Source of the DNA: Lingula anatina
Taxonomy: Eukaryota > Animalia > Brachiopoda
Assembly (NCBI GenBank): GCA_051362555.1
Contig: CM120640.1
Coordinates: forward strand, 36,165,967-36,229,966
Reading direction: 5' to 3'
DNA: 64,000 nucleotides
Shown here: piece after piece, positions 11,601 through 21,272 of the stretch
Layout of the letters: each line of letters starts with the position of its first letter
Numbering within the stretch: the stretch's first letter is position 1
Program-made: the position numbers and the translations under genes
The notes under the pieces: generated by a model
Databases searched by the model: none
What the model saw: only the letters and a program-made list of their open reading frames with translations
What the model was told of the DNA's origin: nothing

Positions 11601-14600
11601 TCAAGGTGCTAGATATGTTCTGTTTCAGCAAATTATCACAAACAAATTTATTGTCTGTGAATTGTCTTTTTATGTACAGACACACTATGTCTTTACATAT
11701 AGCCAGTCACCTGTGTCTTTTGTCGCCATCGTCATCATGGCCATCGACACCATACATTTTCAGTGATAACAGATAAGTGGAAAATCATTTGACCTAGTTT
11801 CTTCAAACTTGTAAACTGATGAAGATTCCTAAAATACAGTTCGAAAATCGGTTTGATCGGACCATATTTATGGAATTTATGCTGTTTTTTTTCTCTTTGT
11901 TTAGCACAAATGCAATACAGACAACTAATTTCAAGGAAATCAATAGGCCTATTGTTTTGAAAATTATAGGAGTGAACATTATTACTGATCAAGTTCGATC
12001 AAGTTTGAAATTCAGCTTGATCGTACCATTTTCATAAAGTAAGACTGTTTTTTTTTTTGTCTTTTTCAGTATATTATGAAAATTAAATGCTGAATATCTC
12101 CCAAACAAAAGGAATTGCTGGAAAAATTACTGTCGAAGTCTGACCAAAAAGTAATATGTGAAGATTTTCACCTTTGACCTATATGTCAAGGTCAAATGTG
12201 CTCAAATTTTGTAAAAAAAAATAATTTTCTGTGAAAAAATATTTGTTAGTGCTGATTTGGTCAAATGGGCTCAAATTTTGTAAAAAAATTAATTTTCTGT
12301 GAAAATATATTTGTTAGTGCTGATTTATGATGCTGTGATGAGAAGTTACCCTTGGGGTCTTCTTTTGTCATCCTGAATTCGGGATCATTCCAAGGGAGAA
12401 GCATCCATTTGATGTCAAAACTGAAAAGTGTCTGTAATTCAAGAACTGTAAAAGCTATATAGACCTCTTGTGTGTTGCAATTTGTAGAGCTTGTCAAGTG
12501 CAACACTGAAAGTGGTAGCCTTTTTATGATTGTTTGTTCGTTTGCTTTCTGTGTATTTCAGGAATTGTGCTATTTTTAAAAAATAATGCTCAGTTTAAAA
12601 GAAATATTTTAAAATGTGAAATTTTCCCAAACTAGGAGAGATACACCCATAGTTACAAATAAACTTGCATAGAAAATCATATATTGGCAATCTTAATATG
12701 GCCTTGTATTTGACCTTTGATATACTTTCCACCATGAACTGCACTTCGCAAATTTTCTGGCTGTAACATCTCCAAAACTGGAGTTCACCATGAACTGAAC
12801 TTTGTAAATTTTCCAGCCCATATATCTCCTAAACTGGCTGAGATACATCCATAGTTACTACTGAGCTTGAATAGAAAATAATATATGACCTTCAATTTGA
12901 CATCTGACCATTGTCCACATAAAATACGCTTTGCATATTTACTAGCCCATATTTCCTTTGCATATTTACAGCCCATATTTCTATGCAACTTAAACAGATA
13001 CATCCATAGCGACCATTTAATTTGATTGAGCTTAATCTTGTTAAAATTTGATTTTGATTTTGGTGTTTTAAAAGCATGCTTAAAAGCATCATACAAAATT
13101 GCATCAAAACTGAGAAAATAACCTATTTATTGTCCATTATTATTTGTTTTTGTTTTGTTTTTTTTTTGTTTGAACATTTAACAGCGTTGTTATAAGATAA
13201 TGAGTTATAAGATAATGAAATTAATTTATATTCTAAAATAAAAGTAAATAAAAATATTTTTTTCCAGAATGGCACCTGTAGTATAAATGGTTCATGCTAC
13301 AATGAAACCCAGCAGAATCCAGAAAAGCCATGCCAGATTTGTGATCCCAGCATATCACAGACAATGTGGACAATTTTGGTAGATACATGTAGTTTCATTA
13401 TGTCAAGTGAAGCATTATATAATGGATGTCTTTGGTTTGTAACATTGAGAAGTTTTGCACATGTATTTAATGGAGATAAATGAATTGCAAATGCATTTTG
13501 TTGTTACATGACATACAGTACCATATACTGCTTCACTCCACTGTACCATCACTCATATGTTTTTCAGAATAACACCTGCTTGATAGATGGTGTATGTTAC
13601 AGTACATGTCAAGTAAACCCAGTGGACAATACAACAGTCTGTTTTGTCAATACCACAGCATACAACTGGACTTCAGCAGAAGGTACATAAAAAGCTGTCT
13701 TTGTGCTTTTTTAAAACAATCTTATGTGTGGCCTTGAACTAAACTTTCCTTAACATAGGAATCAGTGTCAAGCACAATAGTGATATAAGATATTTTGGAA
13801 GTCTCAAGTAAAATACTTCTCTGCTTTTGACAGCAGTACACTTGGTTTATGATTCAATTTTAAACAATACCTTTATGATACCTTTATACCTTTTTAGCAT
13901 GTAACAAAATGGTTGATACTGGTAGTACAGTTAAGGCAGTGTCAGATGCCAACATGGCAGTTATCTTAGGAGGTGTGCTGGGGAGCATATCGTTTATTGC
14001 TGTGACTCTAATAGTGGTTGCAGCAATTATACATGTCCTACATTGGAAATCTAAGCAAAAGAAAAGGTAAGTTTTTAAGTAGATGTTTATTCCTTTAATA
14101 ATTAGTTTTCTTCACAAAAGCAATAGTTATATTTTTTATCCTTTAGTCAGTCTATCTTTTATTTGGCACCTTAACATCATCCTGTAGCTGTGAGATTCAT
14201 CCATCTCAAGGCAATTTCAGTGTACTAAAGAAATATTGAAGCCTTATTATGTCTACTTTATAATTATTATGAATAACATAATTGTCACTTAATCATTATT
14301 ATTGTTATTATTATTATTATTATTCACTAATTTAACAGAGATTTAATGATTGAGTATGTCATGATAAAATCAGCCCTAGAGAACTGTATTTTTTCTAAAT
14401 TTTATAAATGACAATGTCTGGTTTATTGTTTGTTGCAGTTAGTGAAAGTTTTGTAGAAAGAAGTTTTATTGTACATTCTATGTCCATCAGGATCTGCCAA
14501 GAAATATACTGGCATACTTTTAGTGCATAATTGGTTTTGGTTGCTTACAATGTAAAAGATAATGGGTTTTGCAGAGAGAACATCTCTTAAAAGTGTTTTA

Positions 14601-14885
14601 TTTTCTGAATTGACTTTTTTTTAAAGGAAAAACCAATATTTGGAATCCAATTTGGTACCCAGACTGAGTAAAACATCCCATTTAGGCTATGTCTGTGCCC
14701 AGAACACAGATGTGCTGAGAGGAGACAGATACATTGGTAATCCAACTGCTATTGGCAGAGACAACCAGGGATACCAGAGCTCTACAGAAAGATATGACAG
14801 AGGCTCCAAATACCAACAGAACAACAGACATCAACCAGCCTATAAGATAGGACGACAGATATATATACCTCCACCAGATTATTGA
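315..14885 (+). CDS. VWD and EGF domain-containing (VWDE-like) single-pass membrane protein with 18 Cys-rich stalk repeats; 5'-partial, 26 exons in window
   Basis: AG/GT-bounded, frame-continuous exons: 315-532, 1053-1338, 2135-2284, 2655-2847, 3377-3573, 3720-3953, repeat exons 4663-4773, 5667-5777, 6233-6343, 6839-6949, 7102-7212, 7402-7512, 7715-7825, 8438-8548, 8784-8894, 9050-9160, 9483-9593, 9743-9853, 10115-10225, 10370-10480, 10975-11085, 11495-11605, 13268-13378, 13568-13682, TM exon 13898-14066, last exon 14627-14885. Total 3708 nt = 1236 codons with no internal stop. VWD C-terminal motif GLCGTLNGIKNDDF...EFSLSWR; EGF motif CPNDCSYNGEC...CQCYPGFVSSDCS; VWDE-typical LCDISQRPC and ISISNDG...VYDSKCYKC segments. 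Confidence 0.88.
4051..4469. mobile_element. MITE, PIF/Harbinger (Tourist)-like
   Basis: About 32-bp imperfect TIRs (GACCGCATTCTCAACGAATTGAGCCAGGCTTT / AAAGCCTGGCTCAATTCATTGAGAATGCTGCC), flanked by TAA on both sides (4048-4050, 4470-4472). CpG-rich relative to the host intron. Confidence 0.8.
5586..5649. repeat. (TA)n microsatellite
   Basis: About 32 TA units ending about 17 nt upstream of exon 5667. Confidence 0.95.
5860..6180 (+). mobile_element. Partial copy of the TTAA-MITE found at 25590-25929
   Basis: Shares ATACTTACCAAT(A/G)GTTAATGAATCCATTTTTACATTCAAAGTT...AGATCTCATATGAAGAGTT..TCCCTTAA with 25654-25932. Left TIR not recognisable. Confidence 0.75.
8078..8385 (+). mobile_element. 5'-truncated, degenerate RTE-clade LINE 3' fragment
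   Basis: Absent from the paralogous intron (ATCTCTGTCCAGTG at ~10061). Fragments translate as WIGHM, KVAI*WAP and KTWRRSVEKKIQQQGWTW...LWRALVDA, resembling the RTE ORF C-terminus. Short GTGAAT tail repeats; possible TSD ATCTCTG/ATCACTG. Confidence 0.65.
9361..9388 (+). pseudogene. 28-nt chimeric remnant exon within the repeat array
   Basis: ttttttcag|AAAAACACAAACCTCTTGGACAATCGAG|gtacat. The start resembles exon 13568 (AATAACAC) and the end resembles type-B exons (ACCTCTTGGACAATCAAG). Length is not a multiple of 3. Confidence 0.7.
10526..10742 (+). mobile_element. Non-autonomous Helentron-type (HINE/DINE-1-like) element
   Basis: TTTT-ACCTCTGCCAAGG...CCTTGGCGGAGGT subterminal inverted repeats, (TGTT)n tract, 3' hairpin then CTAGTTT. 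Inserted in a T-run with no TSD; the empty site is visible in the paralogous intron (~9891-9910). Confidence 0.8.
11667..13130 (+). mobile_element. Composite degenerate repeat insertion; 5' part is the same HINE-like family as 40780-42805
   Basis: TTTTTATGTACAGACAC...CACCTGTGTC...GTCGCCATCGTC matches the reverse complement of 42740-42805. Absent from the paralogous intron 8895-9049. Internal ~68-bp tandem duplication at 12191-12326. Right boundary approximate. Confidence 0.6.
13898..14066 (+). CDS. Transmembrane exon of the VWDE-like gene
   Basis: Translates ...MAVILGGVLGSISFIAVTLIVVAAIIHVLHWKSKQKK: a hydrophobic helix followed by a basic stop-transfer segment. tttttag acceptor, gtaagt donor. 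Confidence 0.88.
14627..14885 (+). CDS. Last exon (cytoplasmic tail) of the VWDE-like gene, ending ...IYIPPPDY*
   Basis: In frame with the TM exon; contains ORF 14640..14885; AATAAA candidate at 15534-15539. Confidence 0.82.
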
Positions 14886-16891
14886 ACAACATCATCCCAG
14901 ACTTATATGAGGTTTTAAAAAGGATTTTGCATTTTTTTATAACAGACTTAAACAAAATTTATTTAAAACATCATAATAGGAATGCAACACACCTTAAACT
15001 TTCCAGTAATATCTCAAACAGAGAATTGCTGTAGCTGACTGGTAATGGACACTTAGGATAGAAAGGATACAAAGCATGTAAAATCTTATTGAAACGCACA
15101 ATGAATACAATAAGATAAATGGGATGGTGCATGTGGTTTCGACACATCGTACCCATTCCTTACCAACAGAGTGGGAAAAGTGACATTGCACTCTGTGATT
15201 ATTTTCCAACCCATGTGTGCCAGCATCCTTATTTTTAAATCACAATCTCCATATGTACTAATATGTGCTTGTTTTCTTATACTTGAGAGCAAAAAAGTTG
15301 AAACTTCAGCTTAAGCCTTCTGCAATGCAACTTTTATGAAAATTTATTGTTTACATTTTAATATTTTTTACTTAATTATCTTTTATCTGGGACCCATGAA
15401 TTGTTTGATGGTTCCTAGCTTTTACTAAATTTATTAATTTTTTTTTTATATTTTATTATTTTTAATTGCTAATGTTACTTGTATGCATAAAATGACTAGT
15501 ACTTTTAATTGCTAATGTTACTTACGTACTTAAAATAAATCTAAGTGAGCATTTATGTACATTATAGCCTGCACCTGCATGCAAAATACATCCACTTACC
15601 CTTCAAATGTGTGATCAACATCAAGAATATTATTGTACATTAGACCCTAGACAACACAATACAAAAAATTACAAATAATATTCATAATATGATAATAATA
15701 ATATAAAGCATATAGCCTGAAAAAAGTGTTTTCATCTAGATGTGCAACAATAATCCACATTTTACAATGTATATTTTGGTAATTTAGAAGTGATCAATGG
15801 TGCTTTTTTTATTTTATTTAAGTGTCGGTCCTGCTTAATTTCCTTTTGTCAAGTGAGATGATAAACACATGACTTTAAGGCCTTTTTACAGCTCACAAAA
15901 AAAAACAACAACAACAACAAAAAAAAGTAAATAGATAAATCATTAATTGCAAGACAGCACTGCATCTACATGTAGATATATATTTAGAAAATGTTTAAAC
16001 AAGTGTTTGTGTATGCGTGTGTACAAAAGACCCCCCCCTTTAAATAATCCTGGATCCGCCCCCGTAAAGGTCCATTTGAAGAAAACAGAAAAGTAAAAAA
16101 ATAATGATACATCCGCGAATTTTACTTTTTATCCCAGTATCTGGTGACGTTGCTTTGGGGAATTTTCGTATTCAGTAACGAAGGTTTTAGTAATGGAAAT
16201 TTTAATAATAACTTCTTCGGATAATATTCGCACGTCATTAAAACTAACAAAAATTAGGGGTATTACGAGATGTGAGTTTATTTTACTGACACATTTTATC
16301 CTCAACCTCTATTTATCTTTTCACATAACCTTAGGTTTAAAATTTAGTCCATTTTCGTTTTTTATGTGAAAACAGATAAACCTAGTAATTATCTATAGTA
16401 ATTATAGTTTGCTAGACTATTGTTAGTTAAGTTCCACTTGGACAAATAATTCTCGACTTTAAAAATTGTATTATGGATTAAAAACAAAGAAACGCGCAGA
16501 CCAATATACTTGCTTTTAAACACGGTTTATCCAGTTTGTAAAAGTAAATTTTTCCATTAAGCGGAGGGCATACGTCCACTTCATCATTTTGCAAGTGGGA
16601 ATACAGCGCACCAAATGGTATGAAAATAACTAGCTTATCACACGAAGCCCTGTATCGGCAAGTCCCCTAGCCAATCTTAAAATAAGGTCGCCGAAAAAAC
16701 GGTTGAATAACATGCGAACAAGCCAAAAGAAACACGATAAAGCAGAACGTAATGTGAATCGGCCAAAAGAAACACGTCTTCGAATGCATTCTACAAGGAT
16801 GTAAGGCATTTATAAATGATTTATTGAATAATCTCGATCATTCTAAAGCTCTCAAAAATGATTTTATAATTGATCCAGAAGAACATAAAGG

Positions 16892-17052
16892 TTCGCCTTT
16901 TATTGTTAGAATGAAGTCTACCGTAACCTCCAATCAAAATGCGACATACCTGTTGTCATTTACATAACAATAAGTCGCTCAGTGAACTATGTTCTTGACT
17001 AGTCACTTGACTGTTAGATCCTGTAAGAAGACGACGCAGGAAAGGTGTGGTG
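16892..17052 (+). promoter_or_regulatory. Promoter-like module, left copy (D-box TTACATAA, degenerate E-box GTCACTTGAC)
   Basis: Block-wise similarity to the reverse complement of 24222-24366; locally CpG-rich. Function is inferred. Confidence 0.4.
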
Positions 17053-17204
17053 AGGTCGCACAGCCGAATACTTCATTCAGCGTTGAAGCAAATATGTCTT
17101 GTGAATGACATTTGCTCCTGTAAGAAGAGGACGCAGGTATGGTGTGGTGAAGTCGCAGAGGCGCTGAAGCAAATATGAGAACGTCTTGTGAGTAACATTT
17201 GTTC
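17020..17204 (+). repeat. Two diverged tandem copies of a ~97-bp unit
   Basis: CCTGTAAGAAGA.GACGCAGG...GGTGTGGTGA.GTCGCA...TGAAGCAAATATG...TCTTGTGA.T.ACATTTG at 17020 and 17117. Confidence 0.85.
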
Positions 17205-19382
17205 TACACAATGAAATTTAGAAGGAGTTACATGTACGTCTTATGTGCATAATGTGATAATGCTGTATGTGCGGCTTTGGTCAAAATAATTCTACATTCT
17301 TTACTTCTGTTGTGATAAATATCTGCAAGAAACTTTTAATTCGAATAATTATTGGAAATACAATTCACCTATACTTGTAGTTAAGGTGTTATTTGCACCA
17401 AGATTTTTTCTAACATCTTATTCATGTTTTAACGAGTTTTAATTACCATGTATCTGTATCTGTCAATATTCATCTTAAGGACCACTACTGGTATATGATA
17501 GACGGGAAGAGTAATATATATGCACGTTGATAATCTCTTAAAAGATGTTATTTAGAGGATCACGGTGCCAGTAGACGTCTAAATGAAATGATTATTTTTG
17601 ACATTACTTTTTAGTGCCCTCTTACTGTCACTTTAATACCACCGACTCACTGTACGTAAATTTGCTGCCTGAACAAATTTGTTTTGTAATTTATTTTTAT
17701 TGTTTATTAATTTGTTTTCTTGAGTATTTGTACTAAGTGTAGCAATGTGAAACTTCCCCAGTGTTTGTATTATCAACTTTTGTATTTCGTTTAATTTCTA
17801 GAAAAATTCGTTTGCAATTGAAGCACATAGCAATGGAAAACTTCTATAAGATTTTCAATATCATGCAAAATTCTTAATATCCATAGGGTTTTTATTTTCA
17901 TAGTAACCTAGTTTTTCACACAAAGTAAGTAAAATTTACTGTCCACGTCAGATTATGCCTTCTAGTCGGATGTCTTAATCGGTGCTGTAATACTCTGTTC
18001 CTTGCTGGGATTGCTACATTCACTTGAACATTTACTTAGAAAACGCTTTCTAATAGTATTGGACGTTAAATTTCTTTACGTTCCTTTCATAGTGCATTGG
18101 AATCTGATGTACAACATACAAGAAATCTGTTCTGAAATATCGAAGAATCGCAATTCTTGAACTACAAACCCCTTTTTTCATTTTTTTCATTTTAATTTAG
18201 TGGTGTTCATCCAGCATAAATATAATTTTCAACATCAACACAAGTCTTTCCATTTTCAGTTTATCAGATCTTAGTTTAAATTTCAAGGCATTTTATCATG
18301 AGTGTTATTTTCATTTTTCAGAACTGCCCCTTCCTAGGCCGATGCGACTGATACAAACCTCCACAACCTTCTGCGAATATTTTGGAACTGGAGAGATGCA
18401 AACACACACAATGTATATGGTGAAAAATTGTGAATGCTGTTTTTGTCATTTCCAACGTGTTTTAGGACTACATATATTTTTGTATATATTGAAATTGAGA
18501 ACAAAGATGAATAGCGTACTTTTTAAAAACTTTAAAGTAGTTATTGATCAAATTATACCTTGGGTCAAACTTGGATGTATCCAATTCTATTTTAAAGCAT
18601 TTTAGTTTCTCTCTAATTGTCTTATATAATGGTGTATCTATTAAAGTGCTTCAAATGACACTATGTAATATTCAGTGTTTGTAAATATCAAATTTCAACC
18701 TTGAAAGTAAAAATGCAGTTTTTCTAAAATTGTTTTTTAATTGTTTATCTAATCCGTCAACTTCCACAATATTTGTTATTATTTACCTTGGAGAAGCCAA
18801 TTTTGTATTTTTTCATTTGAATTTATTTTCTGACACGTGTACAACAGTTGTGACCGAATAAATGAGCTATCCATTGGAGTTTTCATTCTTATGTAAAAGA
18901 CCCAAAGTGAAAGTAATATTGACACTTGCTGAACGTTCAGAAACTTCTTTGAAAAGCATTATTTTGCTTTTAATATTTAAAGCTAAAAAGGTGCCCAAAA
19001 GTTTTTAAAATTTTGCAAGTTCAAATTTCCACATGTATCTGTAATGAGATCATGCTGCGCATTACATCACCAAAAATGAATAAAGTAAATTTTGGAACTG
19101 CCAATAATTTTAGATTTTGCGTTCAAAGTAATTTACGTCCAGAATTAAAATTTTCATTTTCATCCTGTCCGCCAATTTAATTCACCGTACTTGTTTGAAC
19201 CAACCCTGAATGAATCTAATACTTTTTCAACCGATTTAAATCCCCTCAACATATTTCGCCATATAACAGCTACACAATGCCACTTAATTATTGCAACTTG
19301 CACATCTTTTTAAACCGTGATTAAAGGTTATGGAATACCGATTTGAGGACTGAAGGGCAGGTCGCGGTCATTTTTATTTACT

Positions 19383-20110
19383 GTGGGGCGAGTCCATTCC
19401 ATTCTTAAGGGGTGACAGGTTGAGAGAGTCCATTCTATTTTAGGGGTGACAGGTGGGGCGAGTCCATTCCATTTAAGGGGTGTCAGGTGGGGCGAGTCCA
19501 TTCCATTTAAGGGGTGACAGGTGGGGTGAGTCCATTCCATTTAAGGGGTCTCAGGTGGGGTGAGTCCATTCCATTTAAGGGGTGACAGGTGGGGCGAGTC
19601 CATTCCATTTAAGGGGTGTCAGGTGGGGCGAGTCCATTCCATTTAAGGGGTGTCAGGTGGGGCGAGTCCATTCCATTTAAGGGGTGACAGGTGGGGTGAG
19701 TCCATTCCATTTAAGGGGTCTCAGGTGGGGCGAGTCCATTCCATTTAAGGGGTGACAGGTGGGGCGAGTCCATTCCATTTAAGGGGTGTCAGGTGGGGCG
19801 AGTCCATTCCATTTAAGGGGTGTCAGGTGGGGCGAGTCCATTCCATTTAAGGGGTGACAGGTGGGGCGAGTCCATTCCATTTTAGGGGTGACAGGAGGGG
19901 CGAGTCCATTGTATTTTAAGGGGTGACAGGTGGGGCGAGTCCATTCTGTTTGAGGGGTGACAGGTGGGTCGAGTCCATTCTATTTTAGGGGTGTCAGGTG
20001 GGGCAAGTTTATTCTGTTTGAGGGATGACAGGTAGGAAGAGTTCATTCCATTTTAAGGGGTGTCAGGTGGGGCGAGTCCATTCCATTTTAGGGGTGACAG
20101 ATAGGACAAG
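19383..20110. repeat. 34-bp G-rich minisatellite, ~21 copies
   Basis: Consensus GTGGGGCGAGTCCATTCCATTTAAGGGGTG(A/T)CAG, head-to-tail with no spacers; edges degenerate. Confidence 0.95.
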
Positions 20111-20492
20111 GCCAATCCAAATAAAGGGGTTATGGGGGGGGGCAAGTCTCTTTTAAGGACGACCAGCAGGACAAATTTACCATGTTACAGGATAGCAAAT
20201 CCATTTTTATTGGGATGAAAGGTTACCATTATTTTGTATTGTGTATTATTCCTTAAAACAAAGCAGTTAATATACTAGTTTATTTCAAATCTTTCAAGCA
20301 CATACATAGTTGACAAATGTCACAATGATATTCTAAAGCACATATGTCAAATTAAAAGAACACATTTAACGAAAAACAAGAAAATGCAAAATCATCACTA
20401 AAGTAAATTTACAAAAGTAGTGTGTTATACAAAATTATGTAAATGACAAAGAAACAGCCTGTGGCATTAGCTGCTGGTCCTACACACACAGC

Positions 20493-20729
20493 CTACTGGT
20501 CCAAAATTTTGTGGGCCAGTAAATTTTGCAGAATATGTAAATTTAGTGGTCTGAAAGGTCATTTCATATTTGGTGCATTTTGAAAAGATTTCAATTTGAT
20601 TTAATTTCTTTCTGATACATATGACTGAATTAATGTTACTATCACATATCAATATAAATGCAATGAGAGAACTTCCCCGTCTTATTGCAATTTTTATTTT
20701 GACCAATGAATCTGGATTTGGACCAGTAG
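20493..20729. mobile_element. Degenerate MITE-like remnant
   Basis: CTACTGGTCCAAA ... TTTGGACCAGTAG inverted repeat, plus an internal hairpin at the left end. Confidence 0.4.
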
Positions 20730-21272
20730 ATTTTAAGAAAGCTGTATAATTCTACAGAATAAAGAAAGATTCGGAAACTCGTATTGAAACAAAATATTTA
20801 AAAAAATGGATTGTAAATTTGTACAATTTATAGATATGGCCTGGTGGTAAATCTTTAAAATACATTTTTTCCTGTGGCTCTGACATCTTAAATGCTCAAA
20901 AACTATTGTTAACAAAATGAGGGACATGCTTATTAAGGTTTAAAACATTTTAAGTATTTAAAAAATATCCTCAGGTATCATAAAAAATCAATTGCAAAGG
21001 TAATGCTTACAGATAGAATTTTAAAGTGATCAAAGAGTTACCATATTTATATAAACAATCCTTTCCCTTAATTTTTATCAATATCATTATCATAATTACT
21101 TCATAACAAAATAAAACTAGACAGCATAGCTGACAAGTATACAGACACTAAATAGAAACCAGAACAATTTCTTAAGATGTTAACTGATCATACCCATTTT
21201 CGAAAGCAACCTGCCTCTTTACCAAACAAAGCCACTCGGTAAATCTAAAGTAAAACAAAGAATATGGTTTGG

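Larger units (their letters stand above)
4663..13682 (+). repeat. Tandem exon array: 18 exons each encoding one 37-38 aa C-x5-C-x11-C-x2-C-x8-W module
   Basis: 17 exons of 111 nt (phase 0/0) plus one of 115 nt. Type A e.g. NGTCSINGSCYNETQQNPARPCQICDPGVSETNWTDL; type B e.g. NETCELDGKCLGNLESRDGHVCHICSPSTSRTSWTIK. The last module has altered Cys spacing. Flanking introns are also duplicated. Confidence 0.93.

Noticed and set aside
7402-13378. Regularly interspaced ~111-bp repeats read as a CRISPR-like or satellite array
   Set aside because: The repeats are AG/GT-bounded in-frame exons, and the 'spacers' are introns that are themselves paralogous.
19383-20110. CRISPR array (34-bp repeat length)
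   Set aside because: Units are contiguous with no unique spacers, there are no cas genes, and the context is eukaryotic.
20467-20927. Possible coding exons on the - strand
   Set aside because: No recognisable protein motif; the region overlaps a MITE-like inverted repeat.
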